A DNA stretch of 64,000 bases from a virus. Under the pieces are notes generated by a model. It ran no database searches. It was not told the DNA's origin and saw only the letters and a program-made list of their open reading frames with translations. Location: positions 1 through 64,000 of the IMG/VR virus record IMGVR_UViG_3300009182_000043; one strand, written 5' to 3'. The translations under genes and the position numbers were made by a program. Below are positions 47,540 to 60,100 of the stretch, one piece after another (the stretch's first letter is position 1; each line of letters opens with the position of its first letter).

Positions 47540-50005
47540 ATGGCATTTGAATTTACCGACGAACAACTAAAATGGTTGGGTAACGCAGACAAGCAAGACC
47601 CGTATGTTTTAGCACGTATGCCGGGACCAAAACCCCCGCCTAGTTATTTTACAAACCCCAAGGATCAAGCACTTGCAAAACAACGTTTTGCATCGGTGTT
47701 TGTTGAAACTGCGGAAATACCCGAACAACCTTCGGTGACTCCGGATCTTCCTGCTACAAATAACGAATTGACAGATGATGATTCAACCGACTCAACTTCT
47801 ACTGCTACTATACCGGTTGCAACAGAACCGGTTGTAGCAACGGAAGAAGAATACACTCCTGGTATGCCCGGAGCCAGAACATATAATCCATTGAGTAGAT
47901 TTAGTAGCTACAATTATCATATAACATTGTATATGATAACTCCAATGGCATATAGTAATTTTGTAGAAAATGGCAGTATTAATCCTTCAGGAATGTATAT
48001 TGTCGCTGAATCCGGTGGTACAAATGCAGACGGAAAGAATCAGCGTTTATTCAACTTAGATTTTTATATAGATGATTTAACATTTCAAACTTTTTTAAAC
48101 ACCAAAGACACTGGTGGACCTAGTGTTGATTCTATTGATTTTAATTTTAAAATATACGAACCTTTTGGTTTTAATTTTCTAACATACTTAAAAGATGCGG
48201 CATTAAAAGTTGCTCGCTTAAGTACGCTTCCTGGAGCAGAAAAAGCTACACACCACATGCAACAATTATATATGATAGGAATTAAGTTTTATGGCTACGA
48301 CCAAAACGGTGATTTAGTAACCAATGATTCACTTAATAAATTAATACCTAATTCAAAAAACGGTTCAAATCTTCAAGCTAACCCAGACAGTGGTATTTTT
48401 ACAAGGTATTTACCAATAACTATCATTGATTTTCAATTTAAATTAGATGGAAAACTAACTGCATATGCAATTAAGGCTGCTAACGTGTCCGTTGCAAAAG
48501 GCAATGGCGTAGCCAGAAATCAAATTAAAAATCCTCAACAAGTGGTAGGGAAAAATGTCGAAGAAACATTGATGAATTTAGAAAAAGTTATAAACAAAGA
48601 ACAAACCGATCAATTAGATAAAGAAGAAATTAAAGTTGCAAATAAATTTATAATAAAATTTGCTAATCCTAATTCTAGAAGTATTAAAGATGCTACAATA
48701 ATTACTTCAGCCGAAGCACAGCGAATAAAATCAAACATTACTGGATTAAAAGAAATTAACGATGTTAGCCAAGTGAATGATAAAAATGCAAGTCAGGCAC
48801 AACCAGATAACAATACCCGCAGTGTAAGTTTTGCTAAAGGTACTGCTATTACACAAGCAATTGAAAGAATTATTGCACAAAGTACTTTTATAACTAATGG
48901 GTTAAGTAGAAATTTAACAGAAGATGAAGAAAACGCTGATGATAACAGTAAATCAGGATCTGGTAAAAAGATGAAATGGTTTGTTATAAGCCCGATTGCA
49001 AAAATTATAGCTTATGATACTACTGTCAATGATTTTGCATATGAAATAACTTACTTGATTAATGAGTATAAAATACCTTTTGTAAGGTCTGCTTTTGTAA
49101 AAAATGTTGAAGGATATTATGGACCTCATAAACGATATCAATATTGGTTTACTGGAAAAAACACAGAGGTCATTAGTTACGAACAGAAATATAATGGTTT
49201 ATATTATATGGATACACCGGTAAATCCTGAACCCGGAAAAGAAATGCCCAACACCGGTGGGTATGCCGCCCCATATAATACAAACACCCCGTCAAACGCA
49301 GATACTTCTACTATGTTTGAAAAGGGAGGTGAAGCTATTGGAAGTTTAAGAACTAACCTATACAATCCGGCAGATCAAATAACATCATCTATTACTATAA
49401 TAGGTGATCCTGATTTTATCGTAACTACTGTTGGAGTAGACTATACTGCATATGAATCTTTTTACGGTGCTGACTACTCAATTGACCCTCACGCAGGGCA
49501 AGTGTTTATTGAAATTGACTTTAAACAAGTAATTGATTACAACAATGATACTGGTGTAATGGCTGCAAATGATAAATTGAGTGCATATAATTATCCAAAG
49601 TCTTTAAAAAATGTTCAAGGTATAACTTACATGGCAAAGGATGTTGTGTCAACATTCTCAAGAGGTAAATTTACACAAGAACTACACACTGTGCTTTGGA
49701 GCCCGCCCACAGACGATAATTCATCAACTTCTAACTCTGAATCAAATAGAGAAAATCAAAAAAATGCAGAGACAAAAAATAAAGATAATGCAAAAGGAAA
49801 ATTGGTTGGTTTTTCTTCAGAAGAATCTACTGGTGGTGATTCTTCAGTTTTAGCTTCTAGTGATACTTCAACTGGTCGTGAATTTGGTAATTTGCCAGAT
49901 AACTTAGAAAGTACGAACACTCCAACAACAGCAGGCGCAAAAATTATGAGTGTAAATTATCCATACAATCAAAGACCAGATGATGATAATTCAAGTTATG
50001 CATAA
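47540..50005 (+). CDS. Baseplate hub-like protein (gp27-like position), 821 aa
   Basis: NPL..F.SYNY, IYEPFG, ITIIGDP, STFSRGKFTQEL; directly upstream of the spike gene. Confidence 0.55.
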   Translation: MAFEFTDEQLKWLGNADKQDPYVLARMPGPKPPPSYFTNPKDQALAKQRFASVFVETAEIPEQPSVTPDLPATNNELTDDDSTDSTSTATIPVATEPVVATEEEYTPGMPGARTYNPLSRFSSYNYHITLYMITPMAYSNFVENGSINPSGMYIVAESGGTNADGKNQRLFNLDFYIDDLTFQTFLNTKDTGGPSVDSIDFNFKIYEPFGFNFLTYLKDAALKVARLSTLPGAEKATHHMQQLYMIGIKFYGYDQNGDLVTNDSLNKLIPNSKNGSNLQANPDSGIFTRYLPITIIDFQFKLDGKLTAYAIKAANVSVAKGNGVARNQIKNPQQVVGKNVEETLMNLEKVINKEQTDQLDKEEIKVANKFIIKFANPNSRSIKDATIITSAEAQRIKSNITGLKEINDVSQVNDKNASQAQPDNNTRSVSFAKGTAITQAIERIIAQSTFITNGLSRNLTEDEENADDNSKSGSGKKMKWFVISPIAKIIAYDTTVNDFAYEITYLINEYKIPFVRSAFVKNVEGYYGPHKRYQYWFTGKNTEVISYEQKYNGLYYMDTPVNPEPGKEMPNTGGYAAPYNTNTPSNADTSTMFEKGGEAIGSLRTNLYNPADQITSSITIIGDPDFIVTTVGVDYTAYESFYGADYSIDPHAGQVFIEIDFKQVIDYNNDTGVMAANDKLSAYNYPKSLKNVQGITYMAKDVVSTFSRGKFTQELHTVLWSPPTDDNSSTSNSESNRENQKNAETKNKDNAKGKLVGFSSEESTGGDSSVLASSDTSTGREFGNLPDNLESTNTPTTAGAKIMSVNYPYNQRPDDDNSSYA

Positions 50006-50028
50006 TATTGTAATGATGGAAGATAAAA

Positions 50029-53000
50029 ATGACTAATAACGTAGTAAAAATCAAAGGAACCACTTCTGCTAATAAACAGGGTAAGGGTGGTAGTATCAGT
50101 ATAAACTATGCAGTAAAAGGTATAGTAAAGAACGTTATAGATGCAAACAGATCAGGAAGAATTCAAGTGTTCATTTCTGATTTTGGTGCAAAAGACGAGA
50201 ACGCAGTAACAAGCTGGACTACAGTAAGTTATATGAGTCCTTTCTTTGGTATTACTCAGGGAGACAACGGCAACGGAAGTAGTGGTGAAGGCTCATTTAA
50301 AAACAACCATCACAGCTATGGTTTTTGGGCTGTACCGCCTGATATAGGAACTGAAGTCATATGTATATTTTTAAATGGTAAACAAGATTTTGGATATTAT
50401 ATCGGCTGTATTCCAAAAGTAGGATTGCATCACATGGTTCCTGGCATAGGTGCTTCAAGTCACATAAGTTCAAATAGTAGTGAAGCTGATAGTTACGGCG
50501 GTGCAACAGCATTGCCTGTTGTAGAATGGAATGACGTTGGTAATGACGAATTAAGTAATTTTCTTGATGTTAATCGTCCAGTACATAGTGCAGTTGCAGG
50601 ACAATTGCAACAACAAGGTTTATTACGTGATCCAATTAGAGGTGCAATTTCAAGTTCTAGTATGCGTGAAACACCATCACGTGTGTTTGGTATATCTACA
50701 CCCGGTAGACCTATATATAAAGGTGGATTGGGTGACGGAGTTAATGATACTGCTATTGCAGAAGGTATACCGAAACAAACAGACAGTAATCTTAAAGTAA
50801 CTTCTCGCCGAGGTGGACATAGTTTTGTGATGGATGACGGTAGTGTAGAAGGACAAAATCAATTAATAAGATTGCGTACAAGTTCTGGTCATCAAATTAC
50901 TATGAGTGATGATGGTCAAACTTTATTTGTGATACATGCCAATGGTCAGAGTTATGTAGAGTTGGGCAAAGAAGGCACTGTAGATATCTATTCAATGAAC
51001 AGTTTTAATGTTCGCTCACAAGGAGATATTAATTTTCACGCAGACAACAATGTCAACATACATGCTGAAAAAAAACTTAACATATATGCTGAACAAATTA
51101 ATATTCAAAGTGACAAAGAAACTAATATACGAATCGGAAGCGAATTTACACAACATACAGTTGGAGACCATACACTTAAAGTTGATAAGGGGTTGAGCAT
51201 GAACTCAACATCAGATGCTTCTTTGGCATCAAGTGCAACAACATATATAAACGGTAGTGTTATTAACTTGAATACCGGTGCAACTTCATTAAACCCCGAA
51301 GCAGTAAAATCATTTACTAAAACATCGCATGTTGATACATTATCTGATAGTTCTAAGGGTTGGGTGGTAACCCCAGGAAAACTTAACAGTATAACCAGTC
51401 GTGCCCCTGCACATACACCTTGGGCAAATGCTAATTTAGGAGTTGATGTTCAAGTAAAAGCTTCTGCTAGCGATTCATTACCTAGCCCACCGTCAGCTCA
51501 AGTTGATGCAGTAAATAGTTCAGTTCCAACTAATCCAAAGAATCCTACTTATCCTGCAGTTGCCGCAACCGTACCATCAGCAGATTCAACAGGGGAATTA
51601 GATAAAGGTACAACTCAAGCAATTATTTCTCAACAAGCAGTGACCGTAGCAAACGGCCCGGCTAAAGATGCAGTTTCCGCAGGTTCTGGTGTAGTGGACA
51701 TTAATGGTACAAAACAAGCAATATTAGGAAAATTAGGACAAACACCAACTCAACTAGAACAAGCTGGGATTATTAAACCGGGTAGTGCAGCCTTGGCCAA
51801 TTCATTGGTAGCAAAAGGCAAAACAGTTGAAGAAGCATTACCACCAAGCTTGTTTACTGGGAAAGACGGAGTCAATAGTGTTTCAGATTATGTACAAAAT
51901 CCTAAGGCGCAAGTGTCCGGTGCAACCACTATAATGGAAAACGGATATAGCTCTCTCAAATCTTCTGGAATAATTACTGGTAAAGAAAGTCAATCTAGTG
52001 TTGGTGGGTTGTTATCTAGTTCATTAACACATGGGTCAGACGCAACTATTGGGTTTGTTAAAGGATTAGGCACTACAACACAATCAACTAGTACCGGCGC
52101 TAAGATAAGTTCAAGTATTACTGATGGAAATTATGCAGCCAATTTAAATGAAAAATCTATGAGTTCAACAGGTACAATAGGAGATTCAATTAAGAAAACA
52201 ACAACCTCAATAATTGATAACGCAAAAAATGCAGCCTCAAAAGGATTTGATGCGGTTAAGTCAGTTTTCAAAGGTTTTTCTGCTAATAAGCCCGTAAACT
52301 TAACAGTCGCTACAGCAGAAAATGATCCTAATTATAAACCGGCGTTTGTTAAAGACCCGGCAACAGGCAGAGATGTTAGAAATTTTAGCGATGCAGAGTT
52401 AGCACAAATGAAGTCTAATAACAGTGAATTAAACAAAACACTAACTGCAAGCATGGGACTTCAACCCGGCGGATCATTGTCTACTTCTTTATCTAACGAA
52501 GGATCTGCTCTTAAAAACTCAATATCAACTTCAAGCACCTCGGAAAGTTCTATGAGTGCATTGACCTCTCCAGCAAATAATTTAGGACTTACTAACGGAA
52601 GCGGGTTAAAAAGTTTAACTAATGGAGCGCCCGATTTGTCAGCATTAGCAGGTGCACCTAGTACAGAAAATTTACCGGTCAAATTGCCACAGAACGCACA
52701 AACTATAGCAAAATCTTCATCACCAACTGGTACTACATTAAGCAGTGTAACTTCTCCTGGATTAGGTTTAGGAGCATTTGAAGATGGATTAGCGTCATTG
52801 GGTTCTTTTGTTAACAAGGCTGATCCTGCTAGTTCAAAACCTAATTTAGGGGCTATACCCAAAGGTGGTGAAAATAGCACTGTTCTTCCTACTTTCGCCG
52901 TAGATACAGTAGACCGAACAGAACTTAATTCATTGTCAAAATCTTTACTGGGACCGGGGGTCGCACTACCAATCACTTCGGGCGGTGCATTGAACGTAAA

Positions 53001-53226
53001 ACCATTAAGTGCGGAATCATCTGCCAAATATGATACTTTGAAAAAAGAATTAGACGATTTAGATAAAAACAAAAAATGGGACCTACAAACCGCAAAAAAT
53101 AAAGCTGAAAAGAAATACGGAGCTGACAGTGCAGAATATGCGAGCGCCAATCAGGATTATAAGGATTGCATCAAACGCATTGAGGATATTAGAAAAGAAA
53201 TGTACAGTTTGACTACAGGACAATAA
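50029..53226 (+). CDS. gp5: Baseplate central spike protein with long C-terminal extension
   Basis: OB-fold (D..RSGRIQV, SYGFWAVPPDIG.EV), GGHSFVMDD, RTSSGHQITM, beta-helix repeats, RAPAHTPW. Confidence 0.8.
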   Translation: MTNNVVKIKGTTSANKQGKGGSISINYAVKGIVKNVIDANRSGRIQVFISDFGAKDENAVTSWTTVSYMSPFFGITQGDNGNGSSGEGSFKNNHHSYGFWAVPPDIGTEVICIFLNGKQDFGYYIGCIPKVGLHHMVPGIGASSHISSNSSEADSYGGATALPVVEWNDVGNDELSNFLDVNRPVHSAVAGQLQQQGLLRDPIRGAISSSSMRETPSRVFGISTPGRPIYKGGLGDGVNDTAIAEGIPKQTDSNLKVTSRRGGHSFVMDDGSVEGQNQLIRLRTSSGHQITMSDDGQTLFVIHANGQSYVELGKEGTVDIYSMNSFNVRSQGDINFHADNNVNIHAEKKLNIYAEQINIQSDKETNIRIGSEFTQHTVGDHTLKVDKGLSMNSTSDASLASSATTYINGSVINLNTGATSLNPEAVKSFTKTSHVDTLSDSSKGWVVTPGKLNSITSRAPAHTPWANANLGVDVQVKASASDSLPSPPSAQVDAVNSSVPTNPKNPTYPAVAATVPSADSTGELDKGTTQAIISQQAVTVANGPAKDAVSAGSGVVDINGTKQAILGKLGQTPTQLEQAGIIKPGSAALANSLVAKGKTVEEALPPSLFTGKDGVNSVSDYVQNPKAQVSGATTIMENGYSSLKSSGIITGKESQSSVGGLLSSSLTHGSDATIGFVKGLGTTTQSTSTGAKISSSITDGNYAANLNEKSMSSTGTIGDSIKKTTTSIIDNAKNAASKGFDAVKSVFKGFSANKPVNLTVATAENDPNYKPAFVKDPATGRDVRNFSDAELAQMKSNNSELNKTLTASMGLQPGGSLSTSLSNEGSALKNSISTSSTSESSMSALTSPANNLGLTNGSGLKSLTNGAPDLSALAGAPSTENLPVKLPQNAQTIAKSSSPTGTTLSSVTSPGLGLGAFEDGLASLGSFVNKADPASSKPNLGAIPKGGENSTVLPTFAVDTVDRTELNSLSKSLLGPGVALPITSGGALNVKPLSAESSAKYDTLKKELDDLDKNKKWDLQTAKNKAEKKYGADSAEYASANQDYKDCIKRIEDIRKEMYSLTTGQ

Positions 53227-53236
53227 AGGAAAAAAC

Positions 53237-53686
53237 ATGGCAATATATTATGGATTCTCAACACAACATATTAATTCAATTAGGTCTAACGATATACCTA
53301 CAGGATTATCTAATTACAATAAGAAAATAGGTACTTCTTCAGTCGGGGCAAAAAAGTATAAAGTCACGGATGATGAATTAGTAATATTAGATTTCCTCAA
53401 TGCGCTGAATATTCCGCAAGGATCAAAACCGGGAAAAGCTTCTTATGGTACAAATATTTGGAATTTTATATATGAGCCAAATACTCCTGATACCGTTGCA
53501 TTACTTAAAGAAGAATTGTTAAGAATTTCTAGAATGGACCCAAGATTGATTATTAATTCAATTGATGTTTACTCTCAAGAAAATACAATTGTTGCACAGA
53601 TTGAGTTGGCAATAAATCCAACAAATCAAGCACAAACATTGAGTATTATGTTTGACCAACAAACAAATACTGCTACGCTAGCTTAA
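53237..53686 (+). CDS. gp25: Baseplate wedge/sheath initiator
   Basis: G.K....YGT.IW..IYEP......DPR motif. Confidence 0.85.
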   Translation: MAIYYGFSTQHINSIRSNDIPTGLSNYNKKIGTSSVGAKKYKVTDDELVILDFLNALNIPQGSKPGKASYGTNIWNFIYEPNTPDTVALLKEELLRISRMDPRLIINSIDVYSQENTIVAQIELAINPTNQAQTLSIMFDQQTNTATLA

Positions 53687-53705
53687 AAACCGGTATTTTT
53701 ATAAC

Positions 53706-53713
53706 GATAAATA
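53706..53713 (+). promoter_or_regulatory. Late promoter GATAAATA
   Basis: 21 nt upstream of ATG 53735. Confidence 0.65.
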
Positions 53714-53734
53714 TATTAGAGAGATACTACATTT

Positions 53735-56700
53735 ATGGCCACAAGTTCTAGACAATCAACAATATTTGGTACCAATGATTGGAAAACCATCTATAAAACT
53801 TTCAGTCAAGCTGATTTCCAAAGCTACGACTATGAAACTCTGCGTAAAACTTTTGTAGATTATCTAAGAACTCACTATCCAGAGACTTTTAATGACTATA
53901 CCGAGAGTTCAGAGTATATAGCATTGTTGGATATTATTGCGTTCATGGGGCAAAGCTTAAGTTTCCGTGACGATTTAAATACACGTGAAAATTTTATTGA
54001 CACAGCAGAACGCCGTGATAGTGTTATTAAACTAGCAAATTTAATTGGGTATAGCCCAAAAAGAAATTTGTCCTCTGAGGGCTTTTTAAAAATAGTAGGA
54101 ATTAGAACTACTGAAAATATAAGTGATATTAATGGGGCTAATTTGGGTGGTAGGACAATCACCTGGAATGATCCGTCAAATGGTAATTGGCAAGAGCAAT
54201 TCAATACTGTTTTAAATGCGGCTTTAATTAATTCGCAAAGAATTGGTCGTCCCGGAAATACAACTACGGTGTTGGGAATTAAAACTAGCGAATATAGTAT
54301 TCAAATACCAGCAGATGCACTACCTGTAGTACCCTTCAATGCTACAGTTAGCGGAACTACAATGAACTTTGAATTAGTTAGTTCCAGCACTGTTGGAAAA
54401 GATTATATCTATGAATTGCCACCAAAAGCAAACGGAATATTTAATATATTGTACAGAAATGATAACTTAGGTTACGGAGGATCAAATACCGGATTCTTTA
54501 TGTATTTTAAACAAGGCACATTAAAGACTCAAAATTTTTCTTTGTCACAAAAATTATCAAATCAGATAGTCAGCGTAAACATTGAAAATATTAATGATAA
54601 TGATGTTTGGTTATTTAAAATTGATCCTGTAACAGGGGAACTAACCGAGTGGAAAAAAGTTGATAATATTTTTAACAACACATATTCATTATCTAACAAG
54701 AATAATAACCAAGTATTCTCTGTTGGCTCAAGATTTAACGACCAGATAAATTATATATTTGGTGATGGTGTGTTTGGTGAAATACCAATTGGAAACTTTA
54801 GAGGATATGTAAGAGCAGGTAACTCACTTCAATATAATATTGATCCAAGTGAAATTCAAGGAACCGCTGTTTCTTTTAGTTATGTTAGTAAAACTAATAG
54901 AGTTGAAACGTTAACAATAACTCTACAGCTAACACAACCTGTAACCAATGCACAAACACGTGAACCAATATCAGATATTAAATTACGTGCTCCCACAAGA
55001 TACTATACACAAAATCGTATGGTAAATGGTGAAGATTATAACGTATTCCCAAAAACATTGTACAGTAGTGTATTAAAAAGTAAAGCATTGAATCGTAGCA
55101 GTATTGGAACTTCACGCAACTATGATTTATTAGACCCAACTGCAAAATATTCAAGTGTTAGTGCATTTGCTGAAGATGGTGCATTGTATCAGAAAACTGA
55201 CAATGAGTTTAGAACATTTACACTAGAAAGAGGAACAACAAGTGTGATAAGTTTTTTAACTAATAACTTGTTGTCTATATTATCTAACCATAAAATGTCA
55301 CAGTTTTACATTTCTAACGCAAACAGATTTTCACCAACTACAAGAGATTCAATAACTGGTCAACCAATTTATAATGTATGGAAACAAACTTCATACAACT
55401 ATACAAATATTACAGGTTATTTCAATATTAGTGATACTGCCGTACCTGTAGGAATATATACTACTGGAAATATGAAATATTGTACTACAGGAGCATACAT
55501 TAAATTTATTGCACCTAGTGGATATGTTTTTCAAAACAATAAATTAATTCCAAAATTATCACAACCCGGAGACGTTACATATCTTTGGGCTACTGTTGTT
55601 GATGTTGTGAATGACGGATACAACGGAGGTTTGGGTAATTTAGCTTCTGGATTGGGTCCAATTACACTTAGCCATAATATACCATCAGGTTCAATAGTAG
55701 ACACAATCATTCCGGTGTTTGATAATATTGTTCCTGCTATCTTAATTCAAAATGCAATAGCACGTTGTAACATAAATCAAAGTTTTTCTTTAATGTATAA
55801 CAATTCATTATCATTGAATGATCCAAATAGATGGACAATTTTTGATTATTCAGAAACTAATTTCTTAGTTAACTTTAAAAGTTTAGGTAATGGTTTGTAC
55901 TCAGTAACCAATAAAGCACTATCATTTTACTTTGGTAGTGTTAATGATACAAGATTTTCTTTTGATAAAACAAAGATTATATACGATCCACTTAGTGGAA
56001 AATCAACTTATGATACTATAAGAATTTTAAAAACAAACTCACTTCCAAGTTCAAATTCATCTTTCTCGTCTGATATATATTTGGCTGTAGTAGGACAACC
56101 AGTAGAATCTGATGGTTATGTGGATGATTATTCTGTAGAAGTTAGCATTTTAGACCCAGAAAATAATCAAATTATTGGTAATCCTGATTTTTTTGATGAC
56201 GTTACTGCATACAAGAGTGTACCAAACGCTTTTGTGTTTGTTGAAAAAATAATTGATTACAATTTATTAAACAAATTCAAAATCATCCCTAGTACAAATA
56301 TTGAAACCAGCTACGGTACATTGAATCAAATTCAAAATGTAAAATACTTATACGAAATAGGTCAGCGTTTTTATGCATTTTTAGATAAAAAATATTATCA
56401 AACTGCAATTGATTCTACTTCTGCTAATTTTATATTAGTAAATGAAATAAGTGGTATTTATAATTATTCAGGAAGACAAGGACTGTATTTTCAATACAAA
56501 CATAACAGCAGTAGTACTTCTAGAATTAATCCTGCAACCACAAATATTATAGATATGTACCTTGTGACTCAATCATATTATATACAATATAATCAATGGA
56601 TCACTGATACTACCGGTAAAGTTGTTGAACCAACTGCACCTACAATAAATGAGTTAGCACAAAGCTATGGTAAAATAGAAAATTATAAAATGTTAAGTGA

Positions 56701-57088
56701 TAGTGTAATTCTAAACAGTGTCAAATTTAAACCTTTGTTTGGGTCTAAAGCAGATTCTGAATTACAAGCGGTAATTAAAGTAATTAAAAATTCAACTACT
56801 ACCGCAAGTGACAGTGAAATAAGTATCTCTGTTATCAACAGTATCAATACTTATTTCAATATTAATAATTGGGATTTTGGGGACACGTTTTACTTTAGTG
56901 AATTAAGTGCGTATTTACATAGTGAACTGGGAGACTTTATAGGGTCTGCTATTTTAGTTCCAAAGAATCCTAAACTAAAATTTGGCGATTTGTATGAAAT
57001 TCGTAGCGCACCTAATGAAATTTTTATAAGTTGTGCTCAAGTCTCTGATATACAGGTTATCACATCACTAACTGCAAATGAATTTTAA
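53735..57088 (+). CDS. gp6: Baseplate wedge protein
   Basis: DF.SYD...L, D..ESSE, ENFIDTAERRDSV..LA..IGY.P, IFGDGVFG.IP, AP..Y.TQNRMVNGEDY. Confidence 0.85.
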   Translation: MATSSRQSTIFGTNDWKTIYKTFSQADFQSYDYETLRKTFVDYLRTHYPETFNDYTESSEYIALLDIIAFMGQSLSFRDDLNTRENFIDTAERRDSVIKLANLIGYSPKRNLSSEGFLKIVGIRTTENISDINGANLGGRTITWNDPSNGNWQEQFNTVLNAALINSQRIGRPGNTTTVLGIKTSEYSIQIPADALPVVPFNATVSGTTMNFELVSSSTVGKDYIYELPPKANGIFNILYRNDNLGYGGSNTGFFMYFKQGTLKTQNFSLSQKLSNQIVSVNIENINDNDVWLFKIDPVTGELTEWKKVDNIFNNTYSLSNKNNNQVFSVGSRFNDQINYIFGDGVFGEIPIGNFRGYVRAGNSLQYNIDPSEIQGTAVSFSYVSKTNRVETLTITLQLTQPVTNAQTREPISDIKLRAPTRYYTQNRMVNGEDYNVFPKTLYSSVLKSKALNRSSIGTSRNYDLLDPTAKYSSVSAFAEDGALYQKTDNEFRTFTLERGTTSVISFLTNNLLSILSNHKMSQFYISNANRFSPTTRDSITGQPIYNVWKQTSYNYTNITGYFNISDTAVPVGIYTTGNMKYCTTGAYIKFIAPSGYVFQNNKLIPKLSQPGDVTYLWATVVDVVNDGYNGGLGNLASGLGPITLSHNIPSGSIVDTIIPVFDNIVPAILIQNAIARCNINQSFSLMYNNSLSLNDPNRWTIFDYSETNFLVNFKSLGNGLYSVTNKALSFYFGSVNDTRFSFDKTKIIYDPLSGKSTYDTIRILKTNSLPSSNSSFSSDIYLAVVGQPVESDGYVDDYSVEVSILDPENNQIIGNPDFFDDVTAYKSVPNAFVFVEKIIDYNLLNKFKIIPSTNIETSYGTLNQIQNVKYLYEIGQRFYAFLDKKYYQTAIDSTSANFILVNEISGIYNYSGRQGLYFQYKHNSSSTSRINPATTNIIDMYLVTQSYYIQYNQWITDTTGKVVEPTAPTINELAQSYGKIENYKMLSDSVILNSVKFKPLFGSKADSELQAVIKVIKNSTTTASDSEISISVINSINTYFNINNWDFGDTFYFSELSAYLHSELGDFIGSAILVPKNPKLKFGDLYEIRSAPNEIFISCAQVSDIQVITSLTANEF

Positions 57089-57106
57089 ACCAGTGGAAAA
57101 ACAATA

Positions 57107-60100
57107 ATGACATCTCAAGTAAGAACGCTTAATTTTCTTCCTGAAATATTTAGGACATCATCTAACCAACAATTTTTAAGTGCAACACTGGATCAGTTGG
57201 TTACTCCACCTAAATTGGATAAAATAGAAGGGTACATTGGTAGAAAATTTGAATATGGATTAACTGCTAGTGATACCTATATTCCCGAAACAAATAGTAT
57301 TAGACAACATTATCAATTAGAACCAAGTGTTGTCTTTACAAAATCAAATACTAGTACCGCAGTTGACGTATTAACTTATCCGGGACTAATTGATGCATTG
57401 GCAGCGGAAAATGGTTCAGTAGTAAATCATTCTAAATTATTTCAAAATCAATTTTATTCATGGGACAGTTTTGTTGATATGGACAAACTTGTTAATTTTA
57501 GTCAGTATTATTGGTTACCTGATGGGCCGGATAGTGTTGAGATAACCACAGACTTACTACACAATGAACTTCTTTTCATTGTAAAAGATGAGACAATTGA
57601 TTATTCATTCACTGCCAATGACAAAGCTTTGGGTAAAAATCCTGAAATAAAATTATTACGTGGCGGCACATATACCTTTCAAGTAGACCCAGCTTCCAAA
57701 ATGTACATACAAACTAGTCCTGGTATTTCGGGTGTTGATCCTGCTAGAAATAATGTAAGTTCTAGAGAAATATACGGAGTTGATGGCAATGGAAACGGTA
57801 TAATTACTTTTACTGTACCTCATGTAAACGATCAGGATTCTTTTATATACGCAAACAGTATTTTTGTTGATTTGATATCTACAATACCGTTTGATAGCAT
57901 TCATGGAAAAGCATTAAGTACATTTAAAAACTTAGATAATGTAAATATTTTAAATGATAAAATTATAATGTTTTATGGGTTTGCACCTAATCAAACCGCA
58001 CGTATTGTTAATTTTTACGATGATGGTACTTTGGATAATCTTACTTTTGATTCTAGTACTCCCACCGTAGTTAATAACTATTTTTACAAAATTAGTTTAG
58101 TTGCAGATGAGACCGGAGATCCTTTAATCTCATTATCAGAGTACAAGCAAATACCAACCAATCAAAAAATAACTATTACCAATGGAAAACAATTTATTGG
58201 AAAATCTTTTGTACGCAATGAATTTGGAGAGATAATTTTACTACCACCAATCACTGCTAATTTAGACACCTTATATTACCAAGATTCTAAAAATTCTTTA
58301 AAAACAGGAACAATCAAATTAATTGATAATCAAGACAGCCACGCTATAAACATTGAAACTGGTATATTAGGAAAAAGAAATTACACTAGCCCGTTGGGAG
58401 TAAAATTTACTAACGGATTAAAAGTATATTTTACCGGATTGGTTTACCCACAAAATTACAAAAATAAAAATTATTATGTTGAGGGTGTTGGTTCTAGCAT
58501 TTACCTAGTACCCGAATCAGAATTGTTAGTTCCAGAAAAATTTACTGAAAACGTATACAAATATTACGACACCGAAAATTTTGACACTTCAGGTTTTAGT
58601 GAAAGACTAAATGTTCCTGTTAATAAAGACTATATAACCATTAACAGAAAAGCACAAAATAGAAACGCATGGAGTCGAAGCAACAGATGGTTCCATATTG
58701 ACGTATTAAAGAATACTATAAAATATACAAATGGTTCTATTGCTCAGAATGCATTGAATAATCAATTAAATCGTGCAAACAGACCTATCATAGAATTTTA
58801 TCCAAATTTAAAATTATTTAATACTGGCACTGTTCACAAATCATTTGTTGATTTTATTGATACTGTTACTACCAATGTAGATTCTCAGATATTAGGTCAA
58901 ACATCTTATATGATAGATACTAGTATACCGTTATTCGATGGTGCTAGAATTGTTTTTACAAAAGATAATAATATTGAAGTTAAAAATAAAATCTTTATTG
59001 TAAAATTTCAAAAATTATCGGTTAACGCAACTCCTGTTATTACATTAACTAATACACCGGAGGATGTAGTTCTTCCTGACGAACAAGTTGTATCCTTAAA
59101 AAACAATATTAATAAAGTTTATTACTTTAATGGTTCAAATTGGAATAGTTCTCAAGCAAAGACATTAATAAATCAACCTCCTTTGTTTGATGTTTTTGAT
59201 ATTAATGGTATTAGCTTTAGTAATCAATCATATTATAATGGAAGTAATTTTGCCGGTAGCAAGTTATTTTCTTATGCTATAGGTACAGGTGGCAACGACA
59301 GTGTTTTAGGATTTCCTATTAAATATAGCTCGGTTTCTAATGTTGGTGACATAAGCTTTAACGTTAACTTCAATAGTGATTCATTTAATTTTATTAAAAA
59401 TACTATATCAACTACATATAAAATAACTGACGGGTATGTACATAATTATACATCACGAACCAAATACAACAGAAAAATAGGTTGGGAAACAGCAAAAGGA
59501 GAAAGTTTTCAGTATCAAGCATTTGATATTAACTATTTGATTGGTCCAAGTAACCCGTCTTTGATTTTTAATATTTTACCAGTTGATGATACAGCAACTC
59601 CATGGCCAATAACAAAATTATTTATTGATAGTGTAGAACAAACAGCCGATCAATATACTGTCACTAAATCAACTGCAAAAAATCAAACTACTATTAGTTT
59701 ATTGAATCCTCCTAAAAGCAATACATTATTGCAGATATTAATATACAGCAATGACCCGTTAGACCCTAATGCATACTATACAATACCTAGTAATTTAGCT
59801 AACAATCCATTCAACGTAGATATTGAAGAATTAAGTTTAGGTGATTTAAAAGGACAATATCAAAGTATTTTCACAAATAGCAGAAAAATAACCGGTGATG
59901 TTTTTGGTTCAAATAACTTTAGAGATTCCGGTGATTTGATTCCCTATGGAACTAAAATAATTAGAAACAGTGCGTCACTAGTCAATACAGCAGTTTTTTT
60001 AAGAAATAGAGAATATAACTTAATTGATGCATTGACCTTTAATGAATATCAGTATATAAAATTTAAACAATTACTTTTGAATACTGTTGACCAATCAGAT

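Noticed and set aside
52461-53150. 229-aa minus-strand ORF
   Set aside because: Entirely antisense to gp5 with no recognisable motif.
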